NCBI RefSeq assembly: GCF_009914755.1
Contig: NC_060947.1
DNA from: the human T2T-CHM13v2.0 reference genome, Homo sapiens
Length of the DNA: 64,000 nucleotides
Strand: one strand, 5' to 3'
Every line of letters starts with the position of its first letter. Within the stretch, counting starts at the first letter, position 1. Shown piece after piece: positions 26,331 through 40,452 of this stretch. The translations under genes were made by a program, and so were the position numbers. Below the pieces are notes generated by a model. The model saw nothing but the letters and a program-made list of their open reading frames with translations, did not search any database and was not told the origin of the DNA.

Positions 26331-26505
26331 CAGTGATTATCAAAATTTAGTTTGTATCAGAATCAACTGGAGCATTTTTTTTAAAGCGCAAACTGCTGGG
26401 TTCCGCTCCCAGTTTCTGATTAAGTATATGTAGGGTGGGAGGGCGCACAAAAATCTGCATTTATAACAACTTTCCAGGTGATGCTGTTGGTCCCAGAATC
26501 ATTCC
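26331..26505 (-). mobile_element. MER5A inserted in a MIR
   Basis: cagtgattatcaaa...atcagaatcaactggag...gtttctgatt...tctgcatttataacaa...ccaggtgatgctg. MIR halves lie at about 26240-26330 and 26520-26620. Confidence 0.75.
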
Positions 26506-26659
26506 TTGTGAGTTACCCAAGTCAGTTTCAAGGGAGGCTAATACCTCCTGGAATGGTTGTATTCAATAAATTGCTCTGTATGAAGCAAATCCCAAGGTAT
26601 TTGACTAATAGGAAAATTTTAGTTAATATTAGTTTCCTTTCCCAACTATCTCTTCTCTT

Positions 26660-27650
26660 CTTCCAATAAACACTAAGAAGGTGCTCTGTGGAATGTGATG
26701 GATGAATAGGGCAAGTACCCTATCTTCGTGGATCTTTATTTAAATAAGAAAAACACCCACATATGTGACAATTTAAAAAAATAAGATCGTTAAACAATGA
26801 AAGGCTAAATTACTTTTTATATTGACTTATTGGCAGTTGAGGATTTGAGAAGAGGGAGAGATCACTGGGGCCTATTACTGGTCAGGGAAGGCCTCACTGA
26901 ATAGGTGAGATTTAATTAGTTCTGGAGCAAGAAGTTCTATATTATCTGCAGGTTGGTAACAGATTATAAAGAATCCTAAAAGCCAGGTGGAGGGATTTAG
27001 ACTGGAAGTGGTTAGCACTAGGATGGGAAAATACTTTATGCTTTTGAGCAAAGGAATAATATTATGAAAATTCTTCTTCGGGAAAACAGGCCTAAATGGA
27101 GTGTACAGAAAGTTAGGATGTGAAAAATGTGATACCATTTCCTTTTAGTAAGAGGCTGTTACAGCAGTGGACACACCAGCTTAACTTGCAATGGGAGCAG
27201 TTGGAGCGCAAGCTAGATCAAGCTTATGGGATGAGCTTTTCCAGTCTCCGTCTTCTGTTGCATAGTTGTTTGCATCTGCTTCCTCACTAGAATGTGGGGC
27301 CTATTCCTTTGAATTTCGCAGTACCTCCTATTGTGTCTTTCACTGACAGCTGGGTGACTGACAGATATGAGCCGAATTAAATTAAAGGAGATTTGAAAAG
27401 TCTTGTTGATGACTGGTCATTAAAGAGAAAGGACAACATAACAAGAATGATAGCTCTGATAAGCAGAGTTTTGAGGTTAGTTTTAAAGTTAAGTGTAAAC
27501 AGGGAGGTTTGGACAGGCAGCCACTTGGGGGTATAATGATTTTACTATGGATCTGGAATTGCTATAATGTTCAGGCAGGCATCCAAGTGGAAATGTTCAG
27601 AGACTGCAGCCCATGCAAGTGATCAGGATGGAGGATGTGAATGTCATCGG
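26660..27650 (-). mobile_element. L2 fragments
   Basis: ggtcagggaaggcctcactga...ttttgagcaaagga...catccaagtggaaatgttcag. Confidence 0.6.
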
Positions 27651-27729
27651 ACTACAGAATCATAGTTTAGGAAGGAATCTCAATTTTACTCCAATCCCCT
27701 ACCTAATACAGGAACTGACTGTGTACCCT

Positions 27730-27890
27730 TATTACTCAAAGTGTGATTTCCAGATCCTCAGCATTGACAAGATGTGGGAGCCCGTTGGACATGAAGAATC
27801 TCAGGCCCTACACCAGACCTAATGAATCAGAATCTGCATTTATACAAAATCCCTAGAAGATCTGCGTGGATACTATTAAGAAGCATTGCA
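27730..27890 (+). mobile_element. MER5A1-like MITE
   Basis: ctcaaagtgtg...gaatctcaggccctacaccagacc...gaatcagaatctgcattt...gaagcattg. Confidence 0.75.
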
Positions 27891-28039
27891 TATATACCAT
27901 TCCTCATTTGCACTAATTGTTTTCGTACTTCTGGTAAAGGAGGGCTTGTTAGCTCGTAAGATAACCCATTCTCTTTGGACACTTCTAATTGTAATAGTTG
28001 AGACCAGGACATCCTCTCTGGGTACAATTGTGTAGAAAA

Positions 28040-28815
28040 GCGGTTCTCAACCTTGACTACAAATTGTAAACACCCAGGGAGCTTTAAAAACTGGTAATGC
28101 CTACACTACATACTTACTAGAATGGCTAAAATTAAAAGGACTTAACCATTTGCTCCAGCAATTGAACTCCTAAGTATCCAAGGAAAATTAAAGTATATAT
28201 CCACATAAATATGTGCCCAACCATGTCTCTATCAGCTTCATTCATAACCCCAAATAGGAAACAATTCAGATCTCCATCAGCAGGAGAATGGATTTTAAAA
28301 ATCTACATATAGTCATACAAGGGATTATCACTCAGCGATAAAAAGGAACAAATTGCTGATATATGCCATAACATAGATGGGCCTCAAAAGTATTATGGTG
28401 AGGGAAGCCAAACATGAAAGGTATGTGCTATAAGGTCCCATTCATATGAATTTCTAGAATAGGTAAAAATAATCCATAGTGGTAAAAATGAGAACAGTGG
28501 TTACCTTTTGGGGGGTGGTGAGGTGAGGATTGATTGTAAAGGGAATTAAGGGAACTTCCTGGGGTGAAATGGTCCATATTGTGATGGGGGGGGGGGGTGG
28601 GGTAGGTTACACAGCTGTATATACATTTGCCAATTGATATGGAAGTTTTGTGCGTTTAATGGTATGTAAACTATAACTGAATTAAAAAAAATTTTCAATG
28701 CTTGAGTTATACCTCAGAGGTTCTGATTTAACTGGGCTGGGAATGCAGCACAGGCATCAGAATCTTAAAGTCTCACCAGATGATTCTACTGAGCAGCCAG
28801 GTTTGGAACCACTGG
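28040..28815 (+). mobile_element. MER5B split by an L1 3' fragment
   Basis: 5' part ggttctcaacctt...gggagctttaaaaa (28040-28100) and 3' part cagaggttctgatttaactgg...ggtttggaaccactg (28696-28815). Confidence 0.7.
28102..28695 (+). mobile_element. Old L1 (L1MB/ME) 3' end
   Basis: actagaatggctaaaattaaaa...ccagcaatt...gataaaaaggaacaaattgctgat...tgtaaactata followed by an A-rich tail. Confidence 0.8.
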
Positions 28816-31800
28816 GGAAGGCTTTAGCATGGAGCCACCTCCTTTGGGTGGTTGCAAGGGAAGTTCTAAATGTTTATCTTGTTTTGTTGCCATTATGCAA
28901 GCACTAAATGTCTTTGTTGTAAAGCCATTTCCAACTGTAAGTTGATCTCATAGCAAGGGCCCCTGGAAGAGAGTTATTATAAAGGGTTTGGAAGGTTTTA
29001 TAACTAACTGTCCTATCGTTTCTAAATAGCATTATAAATATTGGCTTCTGTCAGCTTTTAACTGCACACTGCTACATCATATGTCAGAGTTTAGTATTAT
29101 TTTCTCCAAAGCCTTTCAGGAAACCACACAAACATTTTGTCCTGGTTCTGTTCTTTGGTGAAAAACTCAAATTGAAACAGTAGCTAGAGAATTGAATAAG
29201 GAAAAAATATGCATGACAGGGAGAGCTTTGAGCCTAATGCTTTTTGCTATACTTGTCTCTTAGCTAATACAAAGTCCCTTAAATTGGATGCAGGTGAAGG
29301 ACCTTGAAAACCTCAAGTGGGATTTTCTACAGAGGTTTTTTGACCCAACCATGAGGGAAATCTATGTGGATACTTCTGGAGAGAAATCCTCTGTGCTCAT
29401 ACTTCAGCTCTCTGTTCACTGAGTGATTGATTTGGGCCCTCTAATAGGGAGAAGGATGAAATATTTCATATGTTACAAATTAATGTTTCAAATTCAATGT
29501 TCCGGGTCAGAGAAACAGATATGTGCTCATCAGCATGCTCTCCTGAAGGCATCATAGCAAAGACCACAGAAACATTTGGACAGTCTGTGCCCTATCCAAT
29601 ACCCTTACCTGAATCACATCATTCTTTCCAGGACAGTTAACACAGCAGGCAGTTCAGAGTAATGAGCTCTATTTGATGTCCCTGAAGTTGATCTCCAGCA
29701 TGCTTGTTGTATTAGCAAGCTAATGTGTCCAGAGAAAGTAGAATAGAAAACAATAATCAGACCTTAAAGAAATTTGCCTGCTTGACAGTGACAAATTAAG
29801 GTACTGCCACCTCTGGCAGAATGATGGACCTTGAAGCAACATTAGCTTGAAAGTTTAGTTTTTACAAGTTTGTGAAGTGGAGCTCTTGTCTTCTATCGGG
29901 GTGGAATTTTCACACAGGGAGAAGATGTTTTCATTAATAAGAGCCAAGATTTCCTTCTGTACTTCTGCCCCCTCATGCCCCAGTTCCCACACTGCCCGCC
30001 TCTCCCTGCTCCCACAGTCACAAGAAGAGATTGGGAAACTTGCTTTATGACTTACTGCTGATTTATATTATTACCATAGCTTTTCCGTGAATTCTAATAC
30101 TTACTCTCAGAAAGCAAAATGTTCGGGAGTCTAAATATTGAAGATTTAGATGTTTTGTATATGATAAGAGAGTGAGAAAGGAACAGCTACTGGCTCAAAG
30201 CTGACTTTTACAACAGAATTGTAGATTTTGCTTTATTATGTTTTTCAAATGTGGAAAGGGATTATCAGGTTATTTGGTACCTAATTGAGTCCAATATTGG
30301 GACGAAGGACAATTTTATTGCAAATTTTATTCATGGTTCTCACTAGTTGGTATATTCTGTTGGTTTTTGTGATTCAGCTTCTTAAAGATACGAAGTATAT
30401 ACAATCTGGCTTTTTTAGACTCCAAGGTGTGACAAAGAAGGATATTAGGAGAAGGGGAAAAGGGAAGATTGAAGTTAGGTGACTTTGGGAAAGTCATGTA
30501 TCTTTTGGTTTGTTAACTATCTATCTTCCTTAAAATATTCTTAATTCTCACTTCTGCTTCATGGGGATAATAAGTATTTCATAATATAAAGAAGTCCTTG
30601 GGCTTCTAAAAGTACTATAAATCACACAAAGGACATTTATTTTTGTATGTGTGATTAGAATGAAATTAATGCTTGTTCATGGTCTAAAGAGGTATCATTC
30701 TAACGGTATAAGAATTCTGATTAATCTTCACTTAATATTTATTTATGTTAGGTTTTCCTTTTTTTTTCACCATCTTCCTTTGGCAGGGGCAACCTGTCTC
30801 TCTCCACTCTGGCAATCAAAATCTTACCCCCTATCTGAGGCCCAATATGTGTTCCATTTCACCCATGGCGCTCTTACTAATGGCTACCATAACATTACCT
30901 TTTCTTCTTCTGAATTACTTCCTAACTTAGAACCACTCACTCCTCTTTTATTCTACCCCTTGAATACTCATCTACCTGAAATATATAATTGGATTATATG
31001 CTTTTTGGTGAAAACATCAACTCTCCCCCTTTCTTTTTCAGTTTCATTTTCTAACACAGAGCTTACATAGAAATATCTGACTTGATTTGATCTGATTCTA
31101 GATATCTACCTGGATTCTTCTATGTGGTGAACAGAACTAGTAAGATAAAACCTTTTTACAGAAATAACCGAGTTTCATTGATAAACATAGGAAGAACCTT
31201 TTAATGTCTGTACTAGACCTAAACATTGTCAAATTCCTGAGGTCGATGATGTCCAGAATAATAAACCAATTTTGCCTCAAAGTGGGTTATTTCATTAGAT
31301 TTTGATCCTGCCACCATATGAAAATGTTCACTAATACGTGTTAAGTGCCATCAACGTGATTTGTGTTAAAACATTTATGGACCTGTGGCAATATGGAAAT
31401 GTGGGCATGTTTGGTATTTTCCTAGTCTCTGTAACTTATAAATCATCTGAATACTATTATTACACATCTTTATGGAAGATAAAGAAATATTGTTTTATAA
31501 TACGAAGTGAGGAAACTTGTTAGCTTAAAGATTTAGCAAGGACAAACCGAAGACTAGTCTTTTGGGAATAATGATAACATAAAGGTACATGTGACCATGG
31601 ATAGTCTCTTGAGCCTTGTCAAATGACATTTGTTTTATTTCTTCTAATTAGCAATACTGATGTATTTTTGGCATTTCAGATGCTCTAATTTCCTTTGTGA
31701 TAGCCTTTATTTATATGCACTGATGTCACTGCTAAAGAATTTCCCTTTAGTTCTCCAATGTCATCTCATACACCTTCTTTATTGTGCTCAATGGGAAAAT

Positions 31801-31826
31801 ACTTCCTCCAAGCCATTTTGAACATT

Positions 31827-32225
31827 GTATCACTTAGTTATTGCTGTGTAACAAGTCACCCTAGAACTCAGCCATTAAAACAAAAATTACTTCTTTTGAA
31901 TCTGTAGAGAGTGGCTGATCCGAGCTGGGATTAGCTAAGTCATTCTGCTGGTCACTGCTGGGTTCCCTCACGTGTCCGTGGCTAAGTTTGGAGTTGAGCC
32001 AGTTCACACTGAACTTGGCTGCTGGGGGAAAGCTTCTGATCCACATGTTTCTGACCCTCTTCCTTGGAACTGTGTGGCCATGTCCTTCTCTTGACAGTAC
32101 AGAGGTTTTTGAGAGCAAAGCTACTTCACAAGCACTTTTCCAAGTGTCTGCTTGTGTTATATGTGTTAACATCTTAATGTCAAAACAAATTACAAGTCTG
32201 AACCAAGAATCCAGTGGCAAGGAAA
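31827..32225 (-). mobile_element. MLT1 LTR (MLT1G/H group)
   Basis: tattgctgtgtaacaagtcaccc...ttctgctggtc...aagcacttttccaagtgtctgcttgtgtta. Confidence 0.7.
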
Positions 32226-34159
32226 TACATTATTTTGTTTTCTTAAATTATAAATCTTGCTCCCAGAATCATTTTTACCCAAATAACCTTCCTTAAGGTA
32301 AGGATTAATTTATTTAAGACTTATACCCTGCAAGTTGGCCTTCCAGAAAGGAGATGGTCTGCAAAGCTCTATGGAAATTAGTTATGGTGCAGTGCATATG
32401 GCAGTCCATCCAGGTCAACTACAAGGGTGGCACCCCCTACCCATATAAAGGCAGTGAAAGTTGCTTCCACAAACATGATGGTTGATGTAGTGAATCCTAC
32501 TGCCAGTTTGCTATGTCATTTGGCTGCAGCCACAAGCTTTAGATCCCAACTCACTTATCCTGAAGATCCTGGTGCTTCTTTCAATCATTAATGCTGAGTT
32601 GACAGGATAGAGGTGGAGCCAAGGTTTTGGCAAGTGATATTCCTATTACACTCTGGCCTTTAATTGCACTGAGGCGGAGATTAATGCTGCCTTAATCAGG
32701 CTCAGAGTCTGACATCCAGCCCTGTTAGATCTCTACGGGCTGCCCTGGGGTGAATGAGTAATGGGGGACCTGCACATCTGCTACTAATCCTTTCTCTGAG
32801 TTGTTACCAAAGAGTGCTACTCCAATATATGGTGTAGGTAACTGCTTGACCGCTTGCTCTTGTTTTTACATTATTCTTAGTCTCTGTTTTACTCTGTGTT
32901 AAGACAAAACTTACGTCATTTTCTCTCTGGACCCTATTCTTGATGAATCCATTAATTCCTAATCCGAACCCTAAAGTTTTCAATTTTACCACCGAAAGTG
33001 CCATCTTTCTTCCATTACTTGGAGTCTGGAGTCACTTTCATCAATACTCTTTCTAGCTCCTGTAATTCTCAAAGACATCTTGAAATTTTATGTTTAATAC
33101 AGAGCCTTGTATTGGTGAGTTTCTAGGTGGGTCATACAACCAAAGAAATGACCTTTTGTGTTCTGCAGTAAGAACACTTAACCTGTATCTAATGTCAACA
33201 GTTCTTACCTTGTATCTCCTCCATTGTGATTGTTAAATATTCAAGGACATCTTATCAAGTACTTGTCAATATTAATATTCCTCATTTAAAAATATAAACC
33301 TCTAGAGAAGATAGACTGTGTATATGGCTATGATATTACTTTATGTATGTCTATGAATTATCTTTGGAGGAAGTTGAGCACAGTTAGCAGTAGACATTGA
33401 GTTTCTTATACTCAATTTTTTCTTTGCCTGGCTAGTTTGTCTATTTTTATTTTAATAGAAATGAGTTGGAATAGAATTAGGATGTGAACGTTGAGGTATT
33501 GCTCTTTTATCTGGGAAAAGCTGTTTTCCCCAGACACCCTAAAATCTTATTAATTCTGACAAGACTGTGCTGGAATTGAAGAGACTTTTCCTGGCCACTT
33601 CACACTGGATCTATCTACCTTTACTGAACTCATCATGCACTCTGTGTTTTAGTGCTTGAGCACAAACCACCTCATTCTGTTCTATTCCTGTTGCATTTAA
33701 GTGTCTCATTTTCCCAAGCAGCTTTCAAAATCGAAGATGGAAACCCTTATATTGACATTCTCTTTGTCTTCTTCTTCCCATTGTCTAAGTGCTATAGCAC
33801 AGCAGGTTGTTTTTAAAAAAAACTTCATTATGAATGAAAGGAATTACTGAGAGGGAGAGGAAGTATAATAAGCAAATGATATGAAAGAGGTGTGCTCTCA
33901 TCTTCATTCTGTTTCTTTCTTTAGCTAGGAGTATTCTTTTCTTACATCATCCTCTTGGGAATTGCATAAAATCCATCTTTGTCTTTTCATGCACCCCTCT
34001 CAAAAATCTTTTATCACCTCCTCAAACTTTTCAAGCAAGCTAGGACTATCATCCAGAGTGAAGCTCTGACGGAGATGATTTTGTGTGTGTATTCCTTTCT
34101 TAAAAGCCAATTTCCTTAAAAGAAATTAGAAATGTCATTAATCAGTACTGACTTTAGTC

Positions 34160-34490
34160 CTGCTGAGAGAGGACCCTGCACTGAGCCCCACTATACAGAG
34201 GGCTCCACTATATTGTGGGGGCTTGGGGCAGACTTGAGGTGTTCAGGCAAGGGTATCTACACATGTATGTGAAAATTTGCAACATGGAATGCAGGGACAT
34301 CAGGGGAAAGAAGAGAGCATAGCAGGCCACAGGCCACAGGCTTTTCCTACGTGATCATGTTCTTACTTAGAACGTCAAGGACTCCCAGAATTCTAAATTA
34401 AAATCTGGTCTTCCACTTTGTTAGAAGGAGACATATGACATGTAGGCCTCCATGTATACTCTACCCCAATCCTGCAAATGTTAGGGAAGG
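34160..34490. mobile_element. Probable hAT-Tip100 (MER91-like) remnant
   Basis: gaccctgcactgagcccca... and ...ggcctccatgtatactct...ctgcaaatgttaggg resemble MER91-type termini. Confidence 0.35.
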
Positions 34491-34814
34491 ATCTATCAGC
34501 AATAATCCAAAAATTCTGTGCTTTCCCCCCACCCTTTCTATTTGTCTGTGTTTCTTATTCTTGTTAAATGGAGGTCACAAACACAGTGCTTTTTGAAAGT
34601 AATGGGATTACATTGTCTGCCAGGCTTTTATTTAATGAGATGTGTAGGTGCCCCTAGTGTCTGCAAAGTCCATGTTTAGGCAAATAATCTTTTATTTCGC
34701 TTCAGTATAGCTTATGAAAATAATGAATTTGCATGTCTTTCAGTGGTAATCCATTCATTTATGGACAGTGATTGAGAAAAACAAATGGTTAAACTATTTG
34801 AGAATTTTAGATGA

Positions 34815-35182
34815 TATCTTAGTTTGAGCTCTTGTAACAAAGTACAATAGACTGGATGGATTAAACAACGAACATTTATTTTTCATAGTTCTGGAGACAG
34901 GGAAGTCTGAGATCAAGATGCCCACAGATTCAGTGTGTAGTGAGGGCCTACTTCCTGGTTTGCAGGCAGCAACCTTCTTTCTATCCTCACATCACAGAAA
35001 GAGAGATCTTCTGTTTCTTCCGCTTTCTGTAAGGACATTAATCCCATCATGAAGGCCTCACCTTCATGACCTAACCTCGCTCCAATGACCTCTCCAAGGC
35101 CCTACCTTCAGATATCATCACATTGGGGATTAGGGCTTCCACATATGAGTTATGGGGGGACATAAACATTTAGTACATAGCA
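34815..35182 (-). mobile_element. MLT1A0-like solo LTR
   Basis: tcttagttt...atagactgg...aaacaac...ggaagtctgagatcaag...cataaacatttagtacatagca. Exact TSD gatga at 34810-34814 and 35183-35187. Confidence 0.9.
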
Positions 35183-36049
35183 GATGAAGAGTGCTTTTTT
35201 AGCTATGTGTAAAAGGGACCTTAGCCATGATATTTTAAAAGTTGTAAGAAATGATAGCTCAGACAAACATAAGGAGAAAGCAAAAGACAAAGCAGGAGGT
35301 GCCATTTAGTAAAAATGACTTCAAGACAAAGCTATTTCCTCACCTTCGGTGGAAAGCTCTATGAAACATCTAACAGTTCTAACATTAGGTCTAGCTGTAC
35401 ATAAGCAATTATGTTGCTGACCTTCCTGTTCAGTAGTTGTTACAAAGTTAGTCTCACTCAATTGAATTTTCATTATTATTTTGTCCCTGTCCTCGACTTT
35501 TAGAGAGAGGAATTTTTTACCCTCTTTTCATCACATCAGTTTTTTCCCTGGCACATTTTGTTCTGGGGAAATGTTTTATGGCATTATTACTGTTTTTTTT
35601 TTTTCACTCTGAAGTGGAAAGCATTGTAGTTGATTCATCTTCTTTGTCTTGTCAAACACTTCACTCATCTTGACATTTGCAGAAGGCTTCAAAGGTGTGT
35701 CTTCTATTAGTAATATTAAATTGCAATTGTGCTCATAATTTGCAACAGAGTTTGAATAGGATGCAGAAAATCTGATTTTGGCATTTGTTAACTGAATGAT
35801 ACATTGTCAACAACCTTGGCTTTTTGTTCTGTTATATTCAATGGAGAAAGAGAATTACTCTGAAAATAATATCAATTTATTCATTTAGAACAAACATGAA
35901 TAGACAGTATTTGTGGTGTTGGCTTTGATTTCTGTACATTTCTGGGCTTTATATTGTAGTCTGTACACCAAGTGCTTCAGCCATTCTCTTGACCCCTCCT
36001 TATACCTCAGCGTGTATCTCCTCATAAAAATAGTATTTAAATGAGGACA

Positions 36050-36285
36050 GTAGTCTAGAGAAATTCTTATTATGCATATAAAATATTCACAGCAATCTTG
36101 TTAGTTATAACAAAAAATTGGAAATAGCCTAAAAATCCGTAGGAAAATAAACTATAGTCATATAGTCACACAAATACTGGACAAAAATGAGAATGAACCG
36201 ACTAAACCTACATGCATTAACATGGAAAAATCTCAAGAGCATGTTGAGAAAAAAAAAAACATGTTGCAAAGGAAGGCACACAGTA
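36050..36285 (+). mobile_element. L1M 3' fragment
   Basis: atattcacagca...aaaaattggaaatagcctaaa...aacatggaaaaatctc...atgttgagaaaaa. Confidence 0.65.
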
Positions 36286-37160
<875 letters not shown>

Positions 37161-37340
37161 GGGATTAGACAGTCAGATATACACATGTGCTACTTATTGG
37201 CAACTACAGATACATTGTGTCTGTTTTGTTAAACATTTTTGGGGGGGTTAATTGTATTTTGGAAATGTCAAGGAGGGAATGGCAAGAGGATATGGTGGAA
37301 CAAAATCGTATAGGTGAAAGAGAGAAAAAACAGCAGAAGA

Positions 37341-37711
<371 letters not shown>

Positions 37712-37899
37712 TTATTTCCTGGGTATAATTTTTTCAATCACCAGTTAAGAGATGAGTTGTTTTTTCTTGGGGAACTTGCCCTACATTTATGTGTTATTGT
37801 TGCCAGGAGAATTATAACAAGTTACGTATGGCCTTTAGCTCAAAAAAGTTCTCACAAACTCAATAGTAAAGCAAAATAGATCAGTATTTGTTTCTATTA

Positions 37900-38243
37900 A
37901 GTTAAACTTTATCTTAAACCCTTGGAGCTGAATATCTTTTAAACTTCAAAATTTTTCAGATTTTAGAAAACTAATATAGTTTATATATTTTATATTACCT
38001 AACACCCCAGGAGGATCTGGGATCTCGCCACCTAATCAAATACATTTATGCAGTAAAACGTAGAAGTGTTACACAAAGTGGGATAAACAGAGACTAAAGT
38101 TAGTCTCTTATCAGTTTAAACCAGGTTTTGCTGACAGATGAGTTCAAGTTGGATCATGTTTGGCTGACAATAGAGTTAAGAAAAATATTTGTTTCTAGGG
38201 ACTTATGAATTTTGCAATAGCAGATAGTGAAATATAGACATAT
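37900..38243 (+). mobile_element. MER46C (Tigger4-related MITE)
   Basis: aacccttgg...aatttttcagattttagaaa...taatcaaatacatt...aagtgggataaa...caggttttgc. Confidence 0.7.
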
Positions 38244-38270
38244 TAATCTACTTTAAAAAATCACTAAAGG

Positions 38271-38569
38271 GGCTGTGTGTGGTGGCTCACGCCTGTAATA
38301 CCAGCACTTTGGGAGGCCGAGGCGGGTGGATCACCTAAGGTCAGGAGTTCAAGACCAGCCTGGCCAATGTAGTGAAACCCCATCTCTACTAAAAATACAA
38401 AAATTACCCGGGCATGGTGGCAGGTGCCTGTAGTCTCCGCTACTCAGGAGGCTGAGGCAGGAGAATCACTTGAACCCAGGAGGTGGAGGTGGAGGTTGCA
38501 GTGAGCCGAGATCCCGCCACTGCACTCCAGCCTGGGTGACAAGAGCAAAACTACGTCTAAAAAAAAAAT
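38271..38569 (+). mobile_element. AluSq/Sx, full length
   Basis: Complete dimer with gacaagagcaaaact diagnostic. TSD aatcactaaagg. Confidence 0.95.
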
Positions 38570-38603
38570 AATCACTAAAGGAATAAATGAACTAAGAATT
38601 TTA

Positions 38604-39709
<1,106 letters not shown>

Positions 39710-40349
39710 TACAATAAAAAATAAGATCAAAGACATATGAGCTGGTACTTAGAAGTCATAGACCTCATGGTCATTCTCCATTAGCTATAAATTAGTTACT
39801 AAACTTTTCCTTTCTTTTGTGAAGAAAATATTTGCTACATGTTTGCATGTAATTTGTATAGCTCCATAAATCTCAGATGTATTATTTACAGTGCTTAGAT
39901 TAAAAACTACTAAAGCTCATTCTCTTATTATCTTAGTGACACGAGAATCAGCCTACAAAAGCTGATCTCTATGTTTAAGAGAGAGCTATTCTGTTTTATT
40001 TATTTTTATTTTGATAGCTTTCAGTTTTGATAGTTTTTAGTTTTTAGTTACATGCGTGATTTTTGTAGTGGTGAATTCTAAGATTTTAGTGTGCCCATCA
40101 CGCGAGTAGTGTACACTCTACGCCCCCCACTTCCAAATTCCCCTATGTGAGTCTCCAAAGTCCATTAGATCACTCTGTATGTCTTTGCGTCCTTATAGCT
40201 TAGCTCCCACTTATAAGTGAGAATATATGGTATTTCATTTGCCGTTCCTGAATTACTTTTCTTAGAATAATGGACTCCAGCTCCATCCAACTTATTGTGA
40301 AAGACATTATTTTGTTCCTTTTTATGGCTGAGTAGTATTCCATGGTATG

Positions 40350-40452
40350 CTTGTATGTGTGTGTGTATACATACACATATATACATATGTATACACACAA
40401 ACATACCATATATATATATATGTACACACACATACACACATCTCACACACAC
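40350..40452. repeat. Compound (TG)/(TA)/(CA) microsatellite in the L1 3' UTR
   Basis: gtgtgtgtgtatacatacacatat...tatatatata...acacacac. Confidence 0.9.

Noticed and set aside
29800-29820. CTCF-like word tgccacctctggc
   Set aside because: Only the AGGTGGCAG half matches, and the spacing is one base short of the core consensus.
30651-31070. Longest ORF in the track (139 aa)
   Set aside because: GTG start, Leu/Phe/Ser-rich composition from T-rich DNA, and no domain or splice context.
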